Below are positions 37,090 to 51,407 of a stretch of 64,000 nucleotides of DNA, in pieces; positions within the stretch are counted from its first letter, which is position 1, and each line of letters starts with the position of its first letter. Where the stretch lies: the NCBI GenBank assembly GCA_964187785.1, contig OZ076409.1, positions 92,568,001 to 92,632,000 of the forward strand, read 5' to 3'. The notes beneath the pieces are model-generated. The model worked only from the letters and a program-made list of their open reading frames with translations, was not told where the DNA came from and did not search any database. This stretch comes from Amphiscolops sp. MND2022 (lineage: Eukaryota). A program made the position numbers and the translations under genes.

Positions 37090-40000
37090 CTTACCCTTCA
37101 AAGTGAGGGAGGGAAGGCTCGAAATGCATCCTTTTCTCGGCACAGACCTTACAGTGCATACACAAGCTTATTTTCTACAAACACACTTTTGTGCGTGTAA
37201 CCCCTTAGATTCCACAGACATGTCTTTGAACGTGCAAAATTGATTGAATTCCACTAATTTTGTGGAAACTGAGACACCGTCAACGCAATTCTGTGAAATC
37301 CCATTACATATACTTAAAACTAGACGTGCCGAGCAAACCGAGAAAGATGTCGGGAACTTTCTGTCTTTGTTTCCGCATTTCATGTCCCCGGAGACCGAGC
37401 CGACAAGTCATAATAACGTTTTCTCAGGTTTCCGGTGTTTCGTTTGTAAATGTTAAAAATAATCTCACTTGCAGATCTGCTAGAAGTAACCAAGACTTAG
37501 TGCAAACGTTCCAGAAAGTTAGGTGGAATATTTGTTATTTTCCGCCCACATATAATGTAAAGGTGAAAAAACATGTACATTTTACTGTTTTAATATAATT
37601 TCAGCTTACGAAGAACAATTTAAAAAGCATTTTTGCAATTTCATTAGCCATTATTAATGATTAGAACAACTGATGAGTGAATGCAAAACACTTCAGCAAC
37701 GGAACAAAGTACAGCAAATTCTATAGACAGCAACGAAACCAGGACGTCAAGAAGGTAGGCATTCGATTTCGGTGACAAACATTTTTACACCGCAAATTTT
37801 TTCACTTTTTCAACTGACAAAAAAAGAAAGCAAACTTTCTCAAATTTCTGGCAGAATCACACAAGTCTTCTGTTTTGAAAACAAACAAAATTACAAACAT
37901 AAAAATTTAGCTTATATTAGACTTTTGACATTTTCTGAAATTTATCATGCAATATCTCGAAAACTACTATTCCTAACAAAAAATAACCGGAGCAAACTTT
38001 GTCACCTTGCAGATGTCCAATTGTACCACTGTTTCTGAGAGCGCAACAAAAATGACAGCGGGATTTTTTTCTGACCTGTGGATTTTGTGATACTGCGTAA
38101 CAAATTTGGAAAAATTACTACTCAAATTACCATGCGATATCACTTTTTGAATTTAGATTCGTCTTCAAAATAAAAAATACCGCTGTGATTCTGATCAAAA
38201 TTTGGGAGACTTTTGTTCATTTTGACCGAGTGTTATGTTATGTTTACTCCATAGTTAAGTCCCATACTTTTCGAACAGTCCCTGTTCATTGCAGCCCTAT
38301 GAATAATCAAATACTGCCTTGCATGTGAATCTATTCTTGAATGTTTGTCTGAATCATTGAAAACACTGACAAAAAAAACAGAGGATCCCTATATTGAAAT
38401 TACCTCTTCTCAATTTGTCAGTGCGCTTCCGTCAAATATCTTCAAGCCATTTTTGTTCTCTGTGCGAAGTGGATTTGAGAAACGTGGAATTCGCAATAAC
38501 CTTTTTTAACATGAAAAAATGACAATCACTGCTTTCTAAAGCCTGAAGCAATTTCCAAGCCGTCAGTGTATGCATTTATAACGCCAAGCCTTTTATCTCT
38601 CAAGCAATCGAAGAAATTGACTCTGTTGAATGAATCTATGAGCTAATTGAATCCCTTTTAACCGAAATGTCATTGACTTTGCTTTGCGGACAAATCGGTA
38701 CTTTCATGAGTTATTAGTCATTCAATTAAAACAAATTTTGCATTCATACTCGATCATCTTTCAATCTTACTTCTCTTTCAAGACGGAACGTTTTTTATTA
38801 CGAAATTGAAGTGCTTGTCGATCGAAATCATTAGAGAAAGTGAATATACAGAGGCTTCCTTTTGTCGGTTTCCTTTTGTCGCTCTTTTTGTTCCATGAAG
38901 AAACAACCTCTCAGGAATTGACCCCTCGAATTTTCATTAGAAACTACGGTAGTTCCTTTTGTAAGGGCATACCGTTACCGAACACCTCACAGCAATGGGA
39001 CCATGTTTCTTAAACCCCCCAGGTACACCTTGTTTCGTGCCCCCCCCCCCCCCAACACGAAGAAAACACATTCTGTTCTTGAATAAAAACAATTCACTAA
39101 TAAGAGAATATTATATGAATGTAAAAACTTAGATGATTCTTTTTTCAGCTGTTTTGACACTTCCAGCAAAAAAGACCCTATATTTTCGATATTATTGTCC
39201 AAAATAGCAAATATGGGGGGGAACAAGGCACATGGTGCCTGCAATGTTTTCAAAAAGAATGATTGTTTCTCAGCTGCTTTCAGAATCAGTACTGCGTCCT
39301 ATTAAAACCGGCAAAACTTCGCGGCTTGGAATTGCCGCCAAATTTAGGATGCATCTCAAAGGTAGCTTGATGAATTTATATTGAATCAGTGAAATTTTAA
39401 TGCATGGACTTTTCCTTGAGAATTTTATAAATTTATGGAAAGTTTGCTTGGTAACCTAGAATCTTACAGGGAAACTTGTAAACTTGTGAAAGAAGTTCAC
39501 GCAGTTCCAACTAGGGTATAACATAGGACATCCACAGAGTTCAACGACTAACCATCATGTACGAATCATGAGCTATCATGTACGTGCCTACGAAGACCAA
39601 TCCAATGTTGTTTTTTGAACAGGACAGAAAAGTCTCATAACGGCACCCCGCTTAAATGTCGAAAAGCGCAAGGTTTCTGAAATATGCTCAGTGTTTTTCA
39701 AGAAAAATCACCTATACATAGTAGTTGTGCCGAAATTGTCCAAAAGGAGCCTTTCGTGCGTGGAAAACAATTTTCTCAGACTAAAGACAAAGAAAAAAAA
39801 GCAAAACCGGGGACATTTAAAAAATCGCAGTGTGCCAAAAAACTCTGAGGGAACCCAAATAACTCAAGAACCCAAACTCAAAAGGAGTACCCTTTAACAT
39901 CTTTGGGTACATTTTTGAACTTGGGCGTAAAGTCTGTCAAAAGTGGACCATTCAATGCGAGGTCTATGGTGTGATGGAAAACAACTGGCCTCTGTAAAAG

Positions 40001-40189
40001 TCGCGCATGAAATATCCCAAATTGATCCCCAAAGATACAAAAAACTCCAAAAGACTAATTTGATCAGTTTTTTCCGACGATGTGCGTAGAATGTACAGAG
40101 TGTGTCGAACAATTCACATCCATCTGAACTGTTTAACGTAATTTTTGCCCCAATTTCGGTTGTTTTTTTAATTGATTTGATCTTGCCGG

Positions 40190-43100
40190 TGAAGTAACTT
40201 GGAGAAACAAGAGGATAAATACAGTGAATTAAAAAGCAAGAGTGTAAGTATCAAAGCCAATCTAAATTGTCTGATATCTCAGTGAGTTTCTATATACGCA
40301 TTAACATTACATGACATCATAAAAGTGGCAGGTAGTTCAATGTTCATTTTAACTGTATTGTTCATTTTGCCATTTCATGCCACATTCCCCTTCTTCCGGG
40401 ACCTTCTAAGGGAACCACTGTTGCCGTGGAATGTCTTTCTTGATCCGTGGAAATGGAGTGAACGGGAATCGAGCTGGAGTGGTGAAAGTGTAGGCGTCTC
40501 CTAAACGTAAAAGATTTAAAAATATTCTACCCCACCTAGTTTCACTACTCTTCGTGCTGATTTTGTTCTTTCGGACCTACGCGGTTCAGGTTCTGATTTT
40601 ATTTGATTTTTTCTAAAGTAAGAGTTTTGTTCCGCCCTAATTTTACCTGTTATCCCGTCTCCTGGTTCGGCGATTTCGATTCCGGTATCAAGCGTTGTTT
40701 GGCGGTGTATCGGTGTGCCCTGAACGTCCGGTTGTGGTGGAGTGCTGGCCCGTCCGGTGCTACATCCGACTTGTGTTGTGGGTGCCGGTGTCTGTTCCCG
40801 CAATCTTTCAATTTCTCGTCCGATCTCGGCTCTGAGGTCCGTCTCCTCCGGATCTTCTTCTTCTCTGTCGGAGTTGGGGTTATCTTCTCCCGAGCTGGGG
40901 TCGGCGGTGTTGGATTCTTTGCTGGATGAATCGTAAGTGATTATCCGCTTGTACTTCTTCTTTGCGGGCATTGTCGGGAAGTTGCGGCTGGTGCTAGGTC
41001 CTTCCTCGGCGTCATTGTTATTGCTGTCTAATTGTCGGTGTGCTTCGCAGTATTTGTCGCTGCTGAATTTTCCGCACCTTTTGCAGCGGGTAATGACCTT
41101 CTTCGGTTCGTCTGGTTTCCTTTGGGTCTGAAATTTTAAAGGTTTAGAGGCGAGTTTTTTGTGTATTATCCTCCCATTGGAGGTGGTGACAGTATGATCG
41201 GTTTCTTTTGTTGCCGTTAAATTTTTATCTGTTTTAAAACCACATTTCATTGAATTGGGTCTGTTTTCTTTTTCTAAAAACTGATATTTTTTGAATTTCC
41301 GGCTTACCGAACGGCTTCTTTTTCGAGTATCGTTGAGCACCAGGTAGTCGGCCATTTCCCCTTCAGCATCGTTGATGGTGACTACCTGTAACTCCGTTGG
41401 TTGTGCTAAAATGTAATTGGTTAGCGTTTTCTTCCAATTGGATAGCAGACATTCAGGTTTACCGATTATGTTGATAAGTGCAGTTCGTGGTTTTCTGCCT
41501 AAGTGCATTTGAAAAGGCGTCATGTTTAGTCTACTGTGTGGAGTTTGTCTGATTGTTTTGATTGCTAATTGGATGCTGTCTTCAAATTTTAATCCATCGG
41601 CCATATTCGCTCTAGTTAATGACTTAATTGTCCGTATCATACGCTCGACTAGACCCGTGCCGGTATGTAGGTTCGGAGTGCATCTTATACGTTTTATGTT
41701 TTCATCCGTACAAAATTTTTTGAATTCGCTGCTTTTAAAGCAGCTGCCGTTATCGGTTCTAATGCACTGTGGTGTCCCGTTGTTTGTGAAATATTCGGTT
41801 AAAAATTTTAAAACGGTCCGCACTTTTACATACTTGTGCGGTGGGCCATTTGCTAAAACGGTCTACTGCTACTAAAATGTAAACGTCACCGCGTGATTTT
41901 GATTTAATTGACCCGCGAAATCCAATTGAATCTTCTGATTCGGTTCGGTTAAAATTTCTAAATTATTTTTTTCCGTTGACGGAATTTGTGTAATGATGTT
42001 CTTACCTGCAGCTCTACAGCTCGGGCATGTTTCCGCTTTTTCGTGTACATCTCGGTTCAGGCCGGGCCACCAGAAGGCTTCTGCGAGTTGTTCCATTTTG
42101 TTTTTGGAGACATGGCCGTGATGTAGCATGGCAATGATTGTCGACCGCATGTTTTCCGATATGACTATTTTGTCGTTGTGAAATAGCAGTCCGAATCTGG
42201 TTGATAGATGTAGACGGTGAGGGCGGTATGGATAGAATATGCTCTCCAGTTGTTGCTGTTCAATTACGGCAATTGTATTTAGGATTTTGATGTCGCGTGC
42301 TGTCTCCTCCACCAGTAGGGGCTGGTCCAATGCAAAATCCTTCTCTGCTTTCTTTAGTACGTCGGCGGTCTTCTCATTTTGTTCCGGCTCTAGCGTGTTT
42401 AGTTTGGCCGTCTGCTTCAGTCTAATGAGATTGACCGTTTCGTGTTTCTTGAACCGTCTCAATGCGTTGGTGGGGCATTTGTCTTGTTTTGTCCGGCTCG
42501 TCTGGCTTTCTCCATCTGATTGATTGCTGTTGGTCCAGGATTCATTGTTGTTCTGTTGAAATTCTTGTAAAGGGGTCGTGTTTAATGTTTCGCAATAGTG
42601 GAAGAAACGGTTATAAATTTCAATGTTTAATTCCGCAATTCGTTTTCGCCCCGCTTGATTGGGCCTATATTCCTGAATTCTTTCACTTTCTTTGCCCTTC
42701 CCCACTATTCGAGTTTTGTCCGGTTTCAGGATATGGTTTCTTTCGATCCATAAACGCTTCGTTTCTGGTGAATGGCCTCTCTTTTTGAATATAAAATCCA
42801 TATCAATTCCGTTGACCTTGTCCATTTTATTGCTTGACGACGGTAAAGTTTTGAATGAGTTTGGAATGCTGCTGTTTGGTAACGGTGAGGCTTTAAGCAA
42901 GTGAGTATTTTGGTTCCGTTCGCGTGTGTTAGAGCCGCGTTGTGATTGGTTGAATTTTTCTGTCGTGTCGTTTCGTTCAGTGAATCGTTTTATGCTGCCG
43001 CGTTTTTGGTTGAATTCTAATAAGCCGTATATTTGATTAATGACGAACTCTTCTTCGGCTTCCGTTTCGGTTAATCCGTCCGCTTTGTTTTCTAGTTCGG

Positions 43101-46100
43101 CAATCTCGGATGGTATAATCGGATGACGGCTCAAATAGTCCGTCAGCGGCATATGTTTACCGGCCGTGTATTGAACATTGACATCGAAATGGCTCAATCT
43201 ATCCAGCCAACGTGTTAATCGTGCGCTGTATTGCTTATGAGCTCGGTTCTTTTTCAATAGCGGTTGTAACGCCTGGTGATCTGTTAACAAATTTACTCTT
43301 TTTCCATATACAAAATACCTGAAGTATTCTAAACCCCACAGAGCCCCTAGTAATTCTAGTTCAATAATTGCGTATTTCTTTTCACAATCAGTTAAAAATC
43401 TACTTGCGAATGCTACGGGTCTAAAAGTTTCACCTTCTTTCTGCCATAGTGTTGCGCCCAGTCCGGTATTGCACGCATCTGTGGTGATGTAGTTTTCCTT
43501 CTGTGGGTCGAAATGTGCTAGGCATGGGGCCTCTGTGATTTCTTTCTTCAGCCTTTCAAAGTCTTCGTCTATCTCGGGTGTCCACTCCCATTTGGTATCC
43601 TTTCTCAGGAGTTTCCTCATTTCGTCGGTTTTCTTCGACAGATTGTTGATAAACTATGATAAGTGTTGTATTGATCCCAGGAATGATTTCAGTTCTTTCA
43701 CGTTCTTCGGGGCTTCTAATTTAGTTATTGCTTCCGTTTTGTCCTTGATTGGTTTAACGCCGTTTTGGTTGATATAATAGCCGAGCCAGGTTAATTCCTT
43801 TCTGAATAATTCTGTTTTCTTTTCACTTGCCCGATAACCAGCGTCTTGCAATTTTGACAAGACTTCTCGCAATTCTTTTTCGTGATCTTCGATATCACCG
43901 TTAATCACGCATATGATGTCGTCTAGCCAGACCGGTGTTTTGAATTCCAACACGGAGTCGATGTGCTCTTGGAATACTGTAGGGATGTCGGATAAGCCGT
44001 AGAAGCCTTTCTTGAACTGGTAGTGTCCGGTGAATTCTCCCCCAATGATGGAGAATACGCAGTGTCTTGCGGCTTCTTTCGACAATTTCGCTTCTCCGTA
44101 TGCGTAATCCAGATCGATTTTGGACATCCAAATATCCCCATTTCCTTTGGTAATTTTTGCGGAGATTTTGCTAATCAGTTCTTCCATGTTCGGCATTGCA
44201 GCTTTTCTTTTTATACATGCGTCATTCAATTTTCGTGAATCCAGGGCTATTTTGACTGATTTGTCCTTTTTGATGGTGATAACTGCGGGTGATACAAAAC
44301 AATTTTCAGTTGTTCTCTCAGCCTTTTCCAGATGTCCTTTGTCTATTAGTTTTTCTAACTCTTCACGGACAATTTTTTGAAAATGGATAGGGACCGGCCG
44401 TCCCTTTTGCTGGATTGGCTTGACGTCTTTTTTCAACTGAATGTCAATGGTAAGGTCTTTGATAGTGTGGTTGTTTTTGAATAGATCTTCGTATTCGTTG
44501 AGGATTCTTTTTCTTCTTTCGTCTTCTGTCACATGACGAATAACATTTGTTTTCTTGCTGCCTTGTAATCCAATTTCCAATTTATCAAGCCAGTCCAAGC
44601 CCAATAATGGTTGAGTATTTTTATTTTCTGTTATTAAGATTGGTAATATCTCTCTGCTTTTTTCTGTTTTCACTTCAACCATGGCTTCCCCCTTGAATTT
44701 TATTGGATTCTTGTTTACGTCCACAAATGTTTTTGTTGTTTTCTTCACTTCGGTCAAATCAATAATTGGCGGAATAATTGTCACTGGAGAGCCGGTATCA
44801 ATAATGAATTCTATTGGCTGGCCGTGGACCAATAGGATAGTTTTGTAGAAGTCGACTCGGTTAATACCGTTCACGGATTGAATGTGGTCCACTTCCGGCC
44901 ATGATTCGGTGTTACTGTCCGATGAAACCACTTCGGCTATCCGGCTTACGGTCTTGGATTTGCAAGCCTTGGCAAAGTGTCCCATCTTTTTGCAATTATT
45001 GCATTGTGCTCTCCGTGCCGGGCAAATGTGTTCCATGGACCAGTTTGGCTTTCCGCAGAAGCGACAGTTTTTGTTCGTTAATTTCTTTTTGTCGTTAAAT
45101 TGTCTTCTCCGCTTCCGTGATTGGTTCGTATGTCCGATTAGTTCGGTGCTTGTTGAACTACTTGTGGAATCTTTTTTGGCTTTTTTGGTTTTGGGTTTTT
45201 TATCACCGTACTTTCTGTTGTAATTGTCGAGCTCTATGGTCTCTAATACCAATTGTATTTTCAGAGGGCCCTTTATGAATTTGTCTCGGGCTCGTTTATC
45301 TTTAATTGTGGCTGCAAATTTGTACGTGATGATTTCTTCTGCCGTTATGTTCCCAAAGTCACACTTTCTCTCGATGTCCACGAGCCTCTTCCAGTATTCA
45401 TCTAAAGTCTCGTTATCGTCCTGCTTCATATTGAAAAATTGGGCCCTGCTGTGGAAGACGTTTCTTACCGGGAGAAATGTTTTTTTGAATAGTGTCAATA
45501 ATTCTGGCAATTTGACATCTTTTATTTCTCGACCCCATTGTCCTCTCATGATTTCATGTTTGGCTTTTGGGCCTAGGGCCCAGATAACGTCACCTTTTAT
45601 GTGGTATACCGTGTGGGGTTCCATGTATTCTACTCCTTCATCGGTAATTTCGTCCAAGTTTCGGTTGTAGGTCAAAAGAATGTATTCCGAAATTTGTTCC
45701 CACCACATCTTTGGGTTGGCCTTGGTAAGATCGGTTTCTCTGTCAGACAAAATGGGAATCTTGTACTTGCTTTTTTCCGCTCTTTCTGACATCGTTTGGT
45801 TGTTGGTTGTCCGTGTTGTCTGTTCCGAAGACATCGGTCTGTCCTCCGTGGAATTGAGGTCAGTATTGTTGTTATCCATTATTTTTCTTTTTGCTCAAGA
45901 TGCTGACTGCGCCATGAAGTAACTTGGAGAAACAAGAGGATAAATACAGTGAATTAAAAAGCAAGAGTGTAAGTATCAAAGCCAATCTAAATTGTCTGAT
46001 ATCTCAGTGAGTTTCTATATACGCATTAACATTACATGACATCATAAAAGTGGCAGGTAGTTCAATGTTCATTTTAACTGTATTGTTCATTTTGCCATTT

Positions 46101-46109
46101 CATGCCACA
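40190..46109 (-). mobile_element. Ty3/Gypsy LTR retrotransposon with identical 195-bp LTRs (Mag-like), recent insertion
   Basis: LTRs 40190..40384 and 45915..46109 identical by eye; TSD GCCGG; PBS TGGCGCAGTCAGCA (tRNA-Ser); PPT AGAAGGGGAA. Confidence 0.97.
40516..45879 (-). pseudogene. gag-pol: Single-frame gag-pol polyprotein with one in-frame stop (43654) and a frame disruption near 41830..41900
   Basis: Knuckles, IIDTGS protease, RT with WLDD, RNaseH TDAC, integrase HHCC and IRTDNG/LVER. Confidence 0.92.
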
Positions 46110-47504
46110 GCCGGGATCAAAAGGTACCACTTTTTTTCAAATATGTCCAGCTTTTTTCAAAATTTTTATCATTACATCAAAGGACACAACCTTTAGCCTC
46201 GTCCAGTTTTGCATGTTACGTTGAAAATGGAATAAATGAGAGGGGGAAACTTTGCACTAATTTTTAGTTTTAGTAGTTTTAGTAATTTCTGTAAAGATTG
46301 TCCATTACGCATACATTCTGTTAACTGACGAAAAAACTAGTCATTGTAATATTCGGGCTTTTTTCCTTAGGGGGGGAAAATAGGACGACTAAAAACACAT
46401 TAAATATAGACGGGTGAAATTCAAGAACTAAACATTCTTTACAGTTAAACTAGAAGAAAAAACCGTTAAAATTATTACTGAAGTTGAATTGTGCGTCGAG
46501 AAAGATCATCGGGATCGTTTGAAAATGGCAAGCTCTCAATTCTGATTTCGAGGCAAACCTTCAAATATTGGTACCAACACTTTGGCTTGGACCATTGAGC
46601 TTGTTGCTTCAACCAAACAAATTTCTCATAGTCGCCGTGTGAATGACTTGCTACTTCACTGTCCTTATAAGGGCATTAAAATGGCAGGACTGCCTTCTAC
46701 CTAAGTAACTATCATTATCAGCACAGGCTGTAATCTTTTTTTTTTTTTGGGGGGGGGGGTTCGAGAATGCGGCCTCTTGAGGTACGTCATTTTGTTATCT
46801 AAGCTACATGTACTGTCAATTCCCAATTCTCCATTTCTGACTCTTAGGACTCAGTTGGAATTTAGTCTTGCACTCATTTTTCTAAATTTTCTTTCGTTAT
46901 GCAATTTCGTTTAAAACGATGAAAAGTTTCAAAACACTGAAGTTATTGAGGTTGAATACTGACATTAAGAGAAAGGTTTGAGCCTAAGATCATAAAAGGC
47001 TATTGTTGCCGGACTTTCCAAGGATCCAAGAGGGCAGTACAAAAAAATACATAACAATATAAATTGATACTTTGAAAGACGCAATGAAAAAAACATTATA
47101 TGAAGCCCCTGAAAAAGTTTCCTTAAACGTTCAAAGGCTTTTGCAGGCGAAACATGAGTAAAACAAAAATTATCTTGTTTTATTTGTTTTCAAGATTTTT
47201 TTTTACTTTTTGCAGATTTTTAGAGTCTTTGTTTGAGAATGTGGTAGACAGGGATTCATCAGTTTCTGATTACTTGTATTTCTTTTGGACTACTATCTGG
47301 CAGAAACAAATCCAATAACTGTTTTTTTTTCGTATCTTCCTATAATTTTTTGAAGAACTTTTGAGATTTGATCAGACACTCCAAAATAATTTTGACAAAC
47401 AATCTTTAGCGAGTAATAAATTAAGCTCTGAGATTAATTCTGATGGACAAAAGTTCATAAAATTTACACGACGCTCATCAATGTTAGTACGTACGTACGT
47501 ACGT

Positions 47505-48473
47505 ACTATACCTTTAAAGTTAAATTTCAAAAAAATCAATTTAGCCAATGAGGTAAACCAATATCAACCCGACAACTTTGGAAAATCAATTTCAACAAGT
47601 ACAAACCATGTTGGAATTTCAATTTCAACACAACAGGAAAATCAATTTAGACTAGCAGAAATGTTAATTCAATTTCATTAAGAGAAATTCAATTTCAACT
47701 AACACAACAACGAATAGAAGGTTAACATTTTCTATCCGTCAATACGCTCTTTTGCCGAGCATTTTGGGATGTAATTCATGGTAAAGTTGTATCATTTTTA
47801 GTCGGCGCTTTTCTTCAGGAAAGTGCCCGACTATTAAAGTGGCTAGTCCTTATTTCTTTTTTTTTTTCGTCAAACCAAACACCTCAATCTCTATGTAATA
47901 TACCACGTTCTGTGCACTGTGCACTTTTAACAAAAGTATTTAGTACTTGATATTGAACGCATCCAACATGATACAAAACTGTTGCAAAACAGAAGTGTCC
48001 CCCATTCCAATTTTTCAACACTAAGACTTTCCCCTCCCATTTTTTGGCTTTTTCAAGATCCGATTTGTTTTCAATTTCTTTTTATTGAAGCCCACTCGAC
48101 GTTAACTAGAAACGAAACTTTGTGCGGGCATAAAGGACTTCTTAGGGTTCTCCACACTATGCAACATTTCCCGAAAGAAAATTCAAAAAAACTTTTCTGA
48201 TCCCAGTTGGAGAAAAAGTTGTTTCTGAGTCTTCTCCCTTGTTTGACGCAACTATAATCCTTTCACTGTCGATATTGGATGTTGTGTTATAAGATGTTCT
48301 TCCCATTGCTGAAATAAAAACGACAGTGTTGACTTTGAAACAGCAAAACATGTGTTGAATGCGAATTTTCTGATTGTTGAAATTGATTTTCGATATGCCT
48401 CGTGTCGAAATTGAATGTACCTAATGTTGAATTTGATCTTCGCGTCGTTGACTTAGAACTTCAAAAGGTCTAG
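47505..48473. mobile_element. Possible TIR element with AATTTCAAC subterminal repeats
   Basis: CTATACCTTTAAAGTT vs reverse complement CTAGACCTTTTGAAGTT; inverted TTTCAAC/GTTGAAA arrays. Confidence 0.4.
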
Positions 48474-49782
48474 TTTGGAAGGAACCTAAATCTTGCGCTT
48501 TTTTGCATTTATTCTTGCACACAAAGCATCCTGCAACTTTGTTGCAAGTTAATGCCAGTCCTGCAAGAACCTTGCAAGATCATTCTCAACATGCAAGTTT
48601 ATGAATTAGAATCATCTAAGCTATAGTATAGCTTAACAGCTAAAACAACGTGGTCAAAAATTTCACCAATTTTCAGAAATTTTCGGCTTTTTGTCCGTTG
48701 TTTTTAAAAGGAAAACAAAGTACGAGTACATTTATTTTACTTTCGTACTACTTAACTTAGTTTTTATCTTTTACATAATATAAATGGGGTATTTCTATTT
48801 CAGTGCACATTGCATTTATATGAAGAATAGGCTTTCAGGCCACATCGCTTGAATCACACTTCTAGATAGCACTCTCGGGTTCGACTGCAGTTTGGGGTTC
48901 TTCATATTTCAAAAAGTGAGACTTTATAACTATATAGTCGTCTCCAATAAGTCAATATTAATATGACGGAAATAATGTGACTGAAACAAGATGTTTTGTC
49001 TATTAGCATCATCCTATATAAAAACTTTTAAACTAAAACAGAAAGTTTGGAATCACTGTGATAGTAAGTGAGATTATAAACTAGCGAGGAAAATCATTAG
49101 ACATTATTCAACGGTGCGAACACAGCGAAAAGTTTTTTCGACAACTTGAATTCTCAATCGAAGCTTGCAAGAAATTCGAAAGTTCGATTCTTCTCTTGCA
49201 AGAATCTTGCCTTTTTAATTCCTTTCTCGAGACGTTTTTAAAAGTTTAATTTTTTTCATCGAACGGCGGTAGAAAACAAGTATGTAATGTGTTCGGATTG
49301 TCACGAAGTACAATTGGAGGCGATGCTACCTCACAGCTCGCGCGAATTAAAATTGATTTTTTTCGAGAATCAATAAAATGGTTTCCGTGTCCATCGGATT
49401 GTTCTTTGGCAAATTTTTAATACCAAAACTTTATCATGCTCATTCAAATTGAAAGACAGAAATCTAATCTAGAGGAAAATACCATCTTGACGTTGAAAGT
49501 ATACTATGGATTCAGATCTGTACCTTACAAAAAGTACCAAGAACAAAACAAACTTCTGATTTCTATCAATTTTACAACAGCCTTTTTGTTCTGATAGTTA
49601 ATCAAAAAAAAGGAAAACATATGTAAGAAAATTGTATTTGATTAGTTTTGACTGTTTTTCGAACTTTTTCACGCAATATCTCAAAATCCACTGCTCGTAA
49701 AAAATACTCCATAAATCAAACATCTTGTAAGCATTGACACTGTTCGCAAACGTTCATCTAGCCACTTTTCCTGAAAAGTTTC

Positions 49783-51407
49783 TGTGGTAATCCTCCTCCT
49801 CAGAGTCTCCTTCTGATATTATTGTTTCGTCTAGGTTCGGTTCATTTTGACAAAGTGATCTAGCAGGATTCCTTGATTCTCTCATGTCAGAGGCTCTGAG
49901 GGGATGATCATCCTCATTTTCAGTATCTGAGTTTTCTATATTTGATGCGTGAACTCCATTAGACCTAATACTTTTGGATCCCGAAGGTTGAGAGTTTTGC
50001 ATTCCGTTAATTTCAGATCTGGGATTTGTTATTGTTGATGTTGTTTTGCTTGTTCTTATTTCTTTCAAAATTGCATCAAACTTGTTCTCCATTTCTTCTC
50101 TCATCTTCATTATCCTATCATTGTTCTTTTGTTCGAAGTTTTCTGTCCAAACTTGGATTTCGTTACTGATCTGACTAGGTTCTATCAGACTAGATCTGTT
50201 TTCGTTTTCACCTAAAGGTTCCTGAATAACAGTACTAACATTAGTTAAAGTTTCATTACCTTGCATTGGCGTTTCTACTTGTGTCTCACTCAATTCTCGC
50301 TCAGGTGAAGGTGTTTCATGTCTTCTAGATCTTCTGTTTCTCTTATTTCCCATTGTTCTCAAGTGAAAATGTGTTGGGCTTGCTGGGGAAGAATTTGAAT
50401 TCAGCTGAGAATTTCAACAAAGCCAATTGGAAAATGAGACAATTGTTGATTATGAGAAACTGCTTTTACAGTGGTTTAGAGTGTGGGTTTTATCAACTGT
50501 TTCCAACGAGAGTTATTTCAAAGAATGATTGGGGTTTAAGGTCCTGAGCACAAGGAAAAAATGGTGGGGATTACACCCGTTTTTATGGGTGTCATGGTCT
50601 TCATATTCTATAAAAAGGATTACATCATGTGTCGTAATTCTATTTATAACTCTAAATATACATTGCATGACAAGCAGAAACAAGTATCGTACAGTTACGA
50701 CAAAAACCCTGGAAAACTGCATAATGACGTATATACGGTCCCAAATTTCCGCATATCAACGAATAATCACAATATAATAATAGTAAAGCACCGCATGATG
50801 AAAAACGCGGAAAACCGCATATTGACGCATAAGCGCCGGCGATTTTCCGCATAGCGACGTGCAATTATCACCTTGACAACATATCAGGGAAATTACTGTT
50901 TTCCGCATGGTGCCGCGTAAGCGGTGGTTAAAATCCGCATATTGCAGAATATGCGTCAGAAATTTTCCGCATAATGGTGCATAATTATTAATCACAAACA
51001 GCATGATGAAGTGTGTTCATTTTCGCAATTTTGTACAGTGACGCATACTTAATATTCAGAAAATCACGTATTGATCTAATACCAATCTCCATTCATAAAA
51101 AACGCTTTATATTCACTAAAAATGAGTCATTACAATGGGTTATGATGAAAGGTAACAAAGCAAAAAGCACTTATGGCGAATGTATCTTAATTTACTGCCA
51201 CCTTTGCACGTCAGTAGGGGCAAAATACAATATCAAATATTTACATGACACGAATTCAGAGTTAGAACAAATAATGAAAACATAGAAATAAGGGTTTGAT
51301 CAGTTTGCAAAGTTTTGTTACGGCAAGTTTTGTCCTTTTGAGCTGTGCCAGTTGTTCTCTTTCTCACTCTTGCACAACAGGTCCAGAGCAACCATGAGTC
51401 TGCGACA
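49783..51407 (-). repeat. 3' LTR of element D (~1.63 kb) containing the Gag N-terminus ORF (ATG 50353)
   Basis: Starts TGTCGCAG and ends TTACCACA; boundaries inferred from homology with the TSD-defined LTR of B. Confidence 0.82.
50710..50990 (+). repeat. Degenerate ~32-bp array (CCGCATA..CGCATA) in the LTR of D
   Basis: Recurrent (A/T)CCGCAT at ~32-nt spacing; related array at 30385..30585 in B. Confidence 0.65.
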
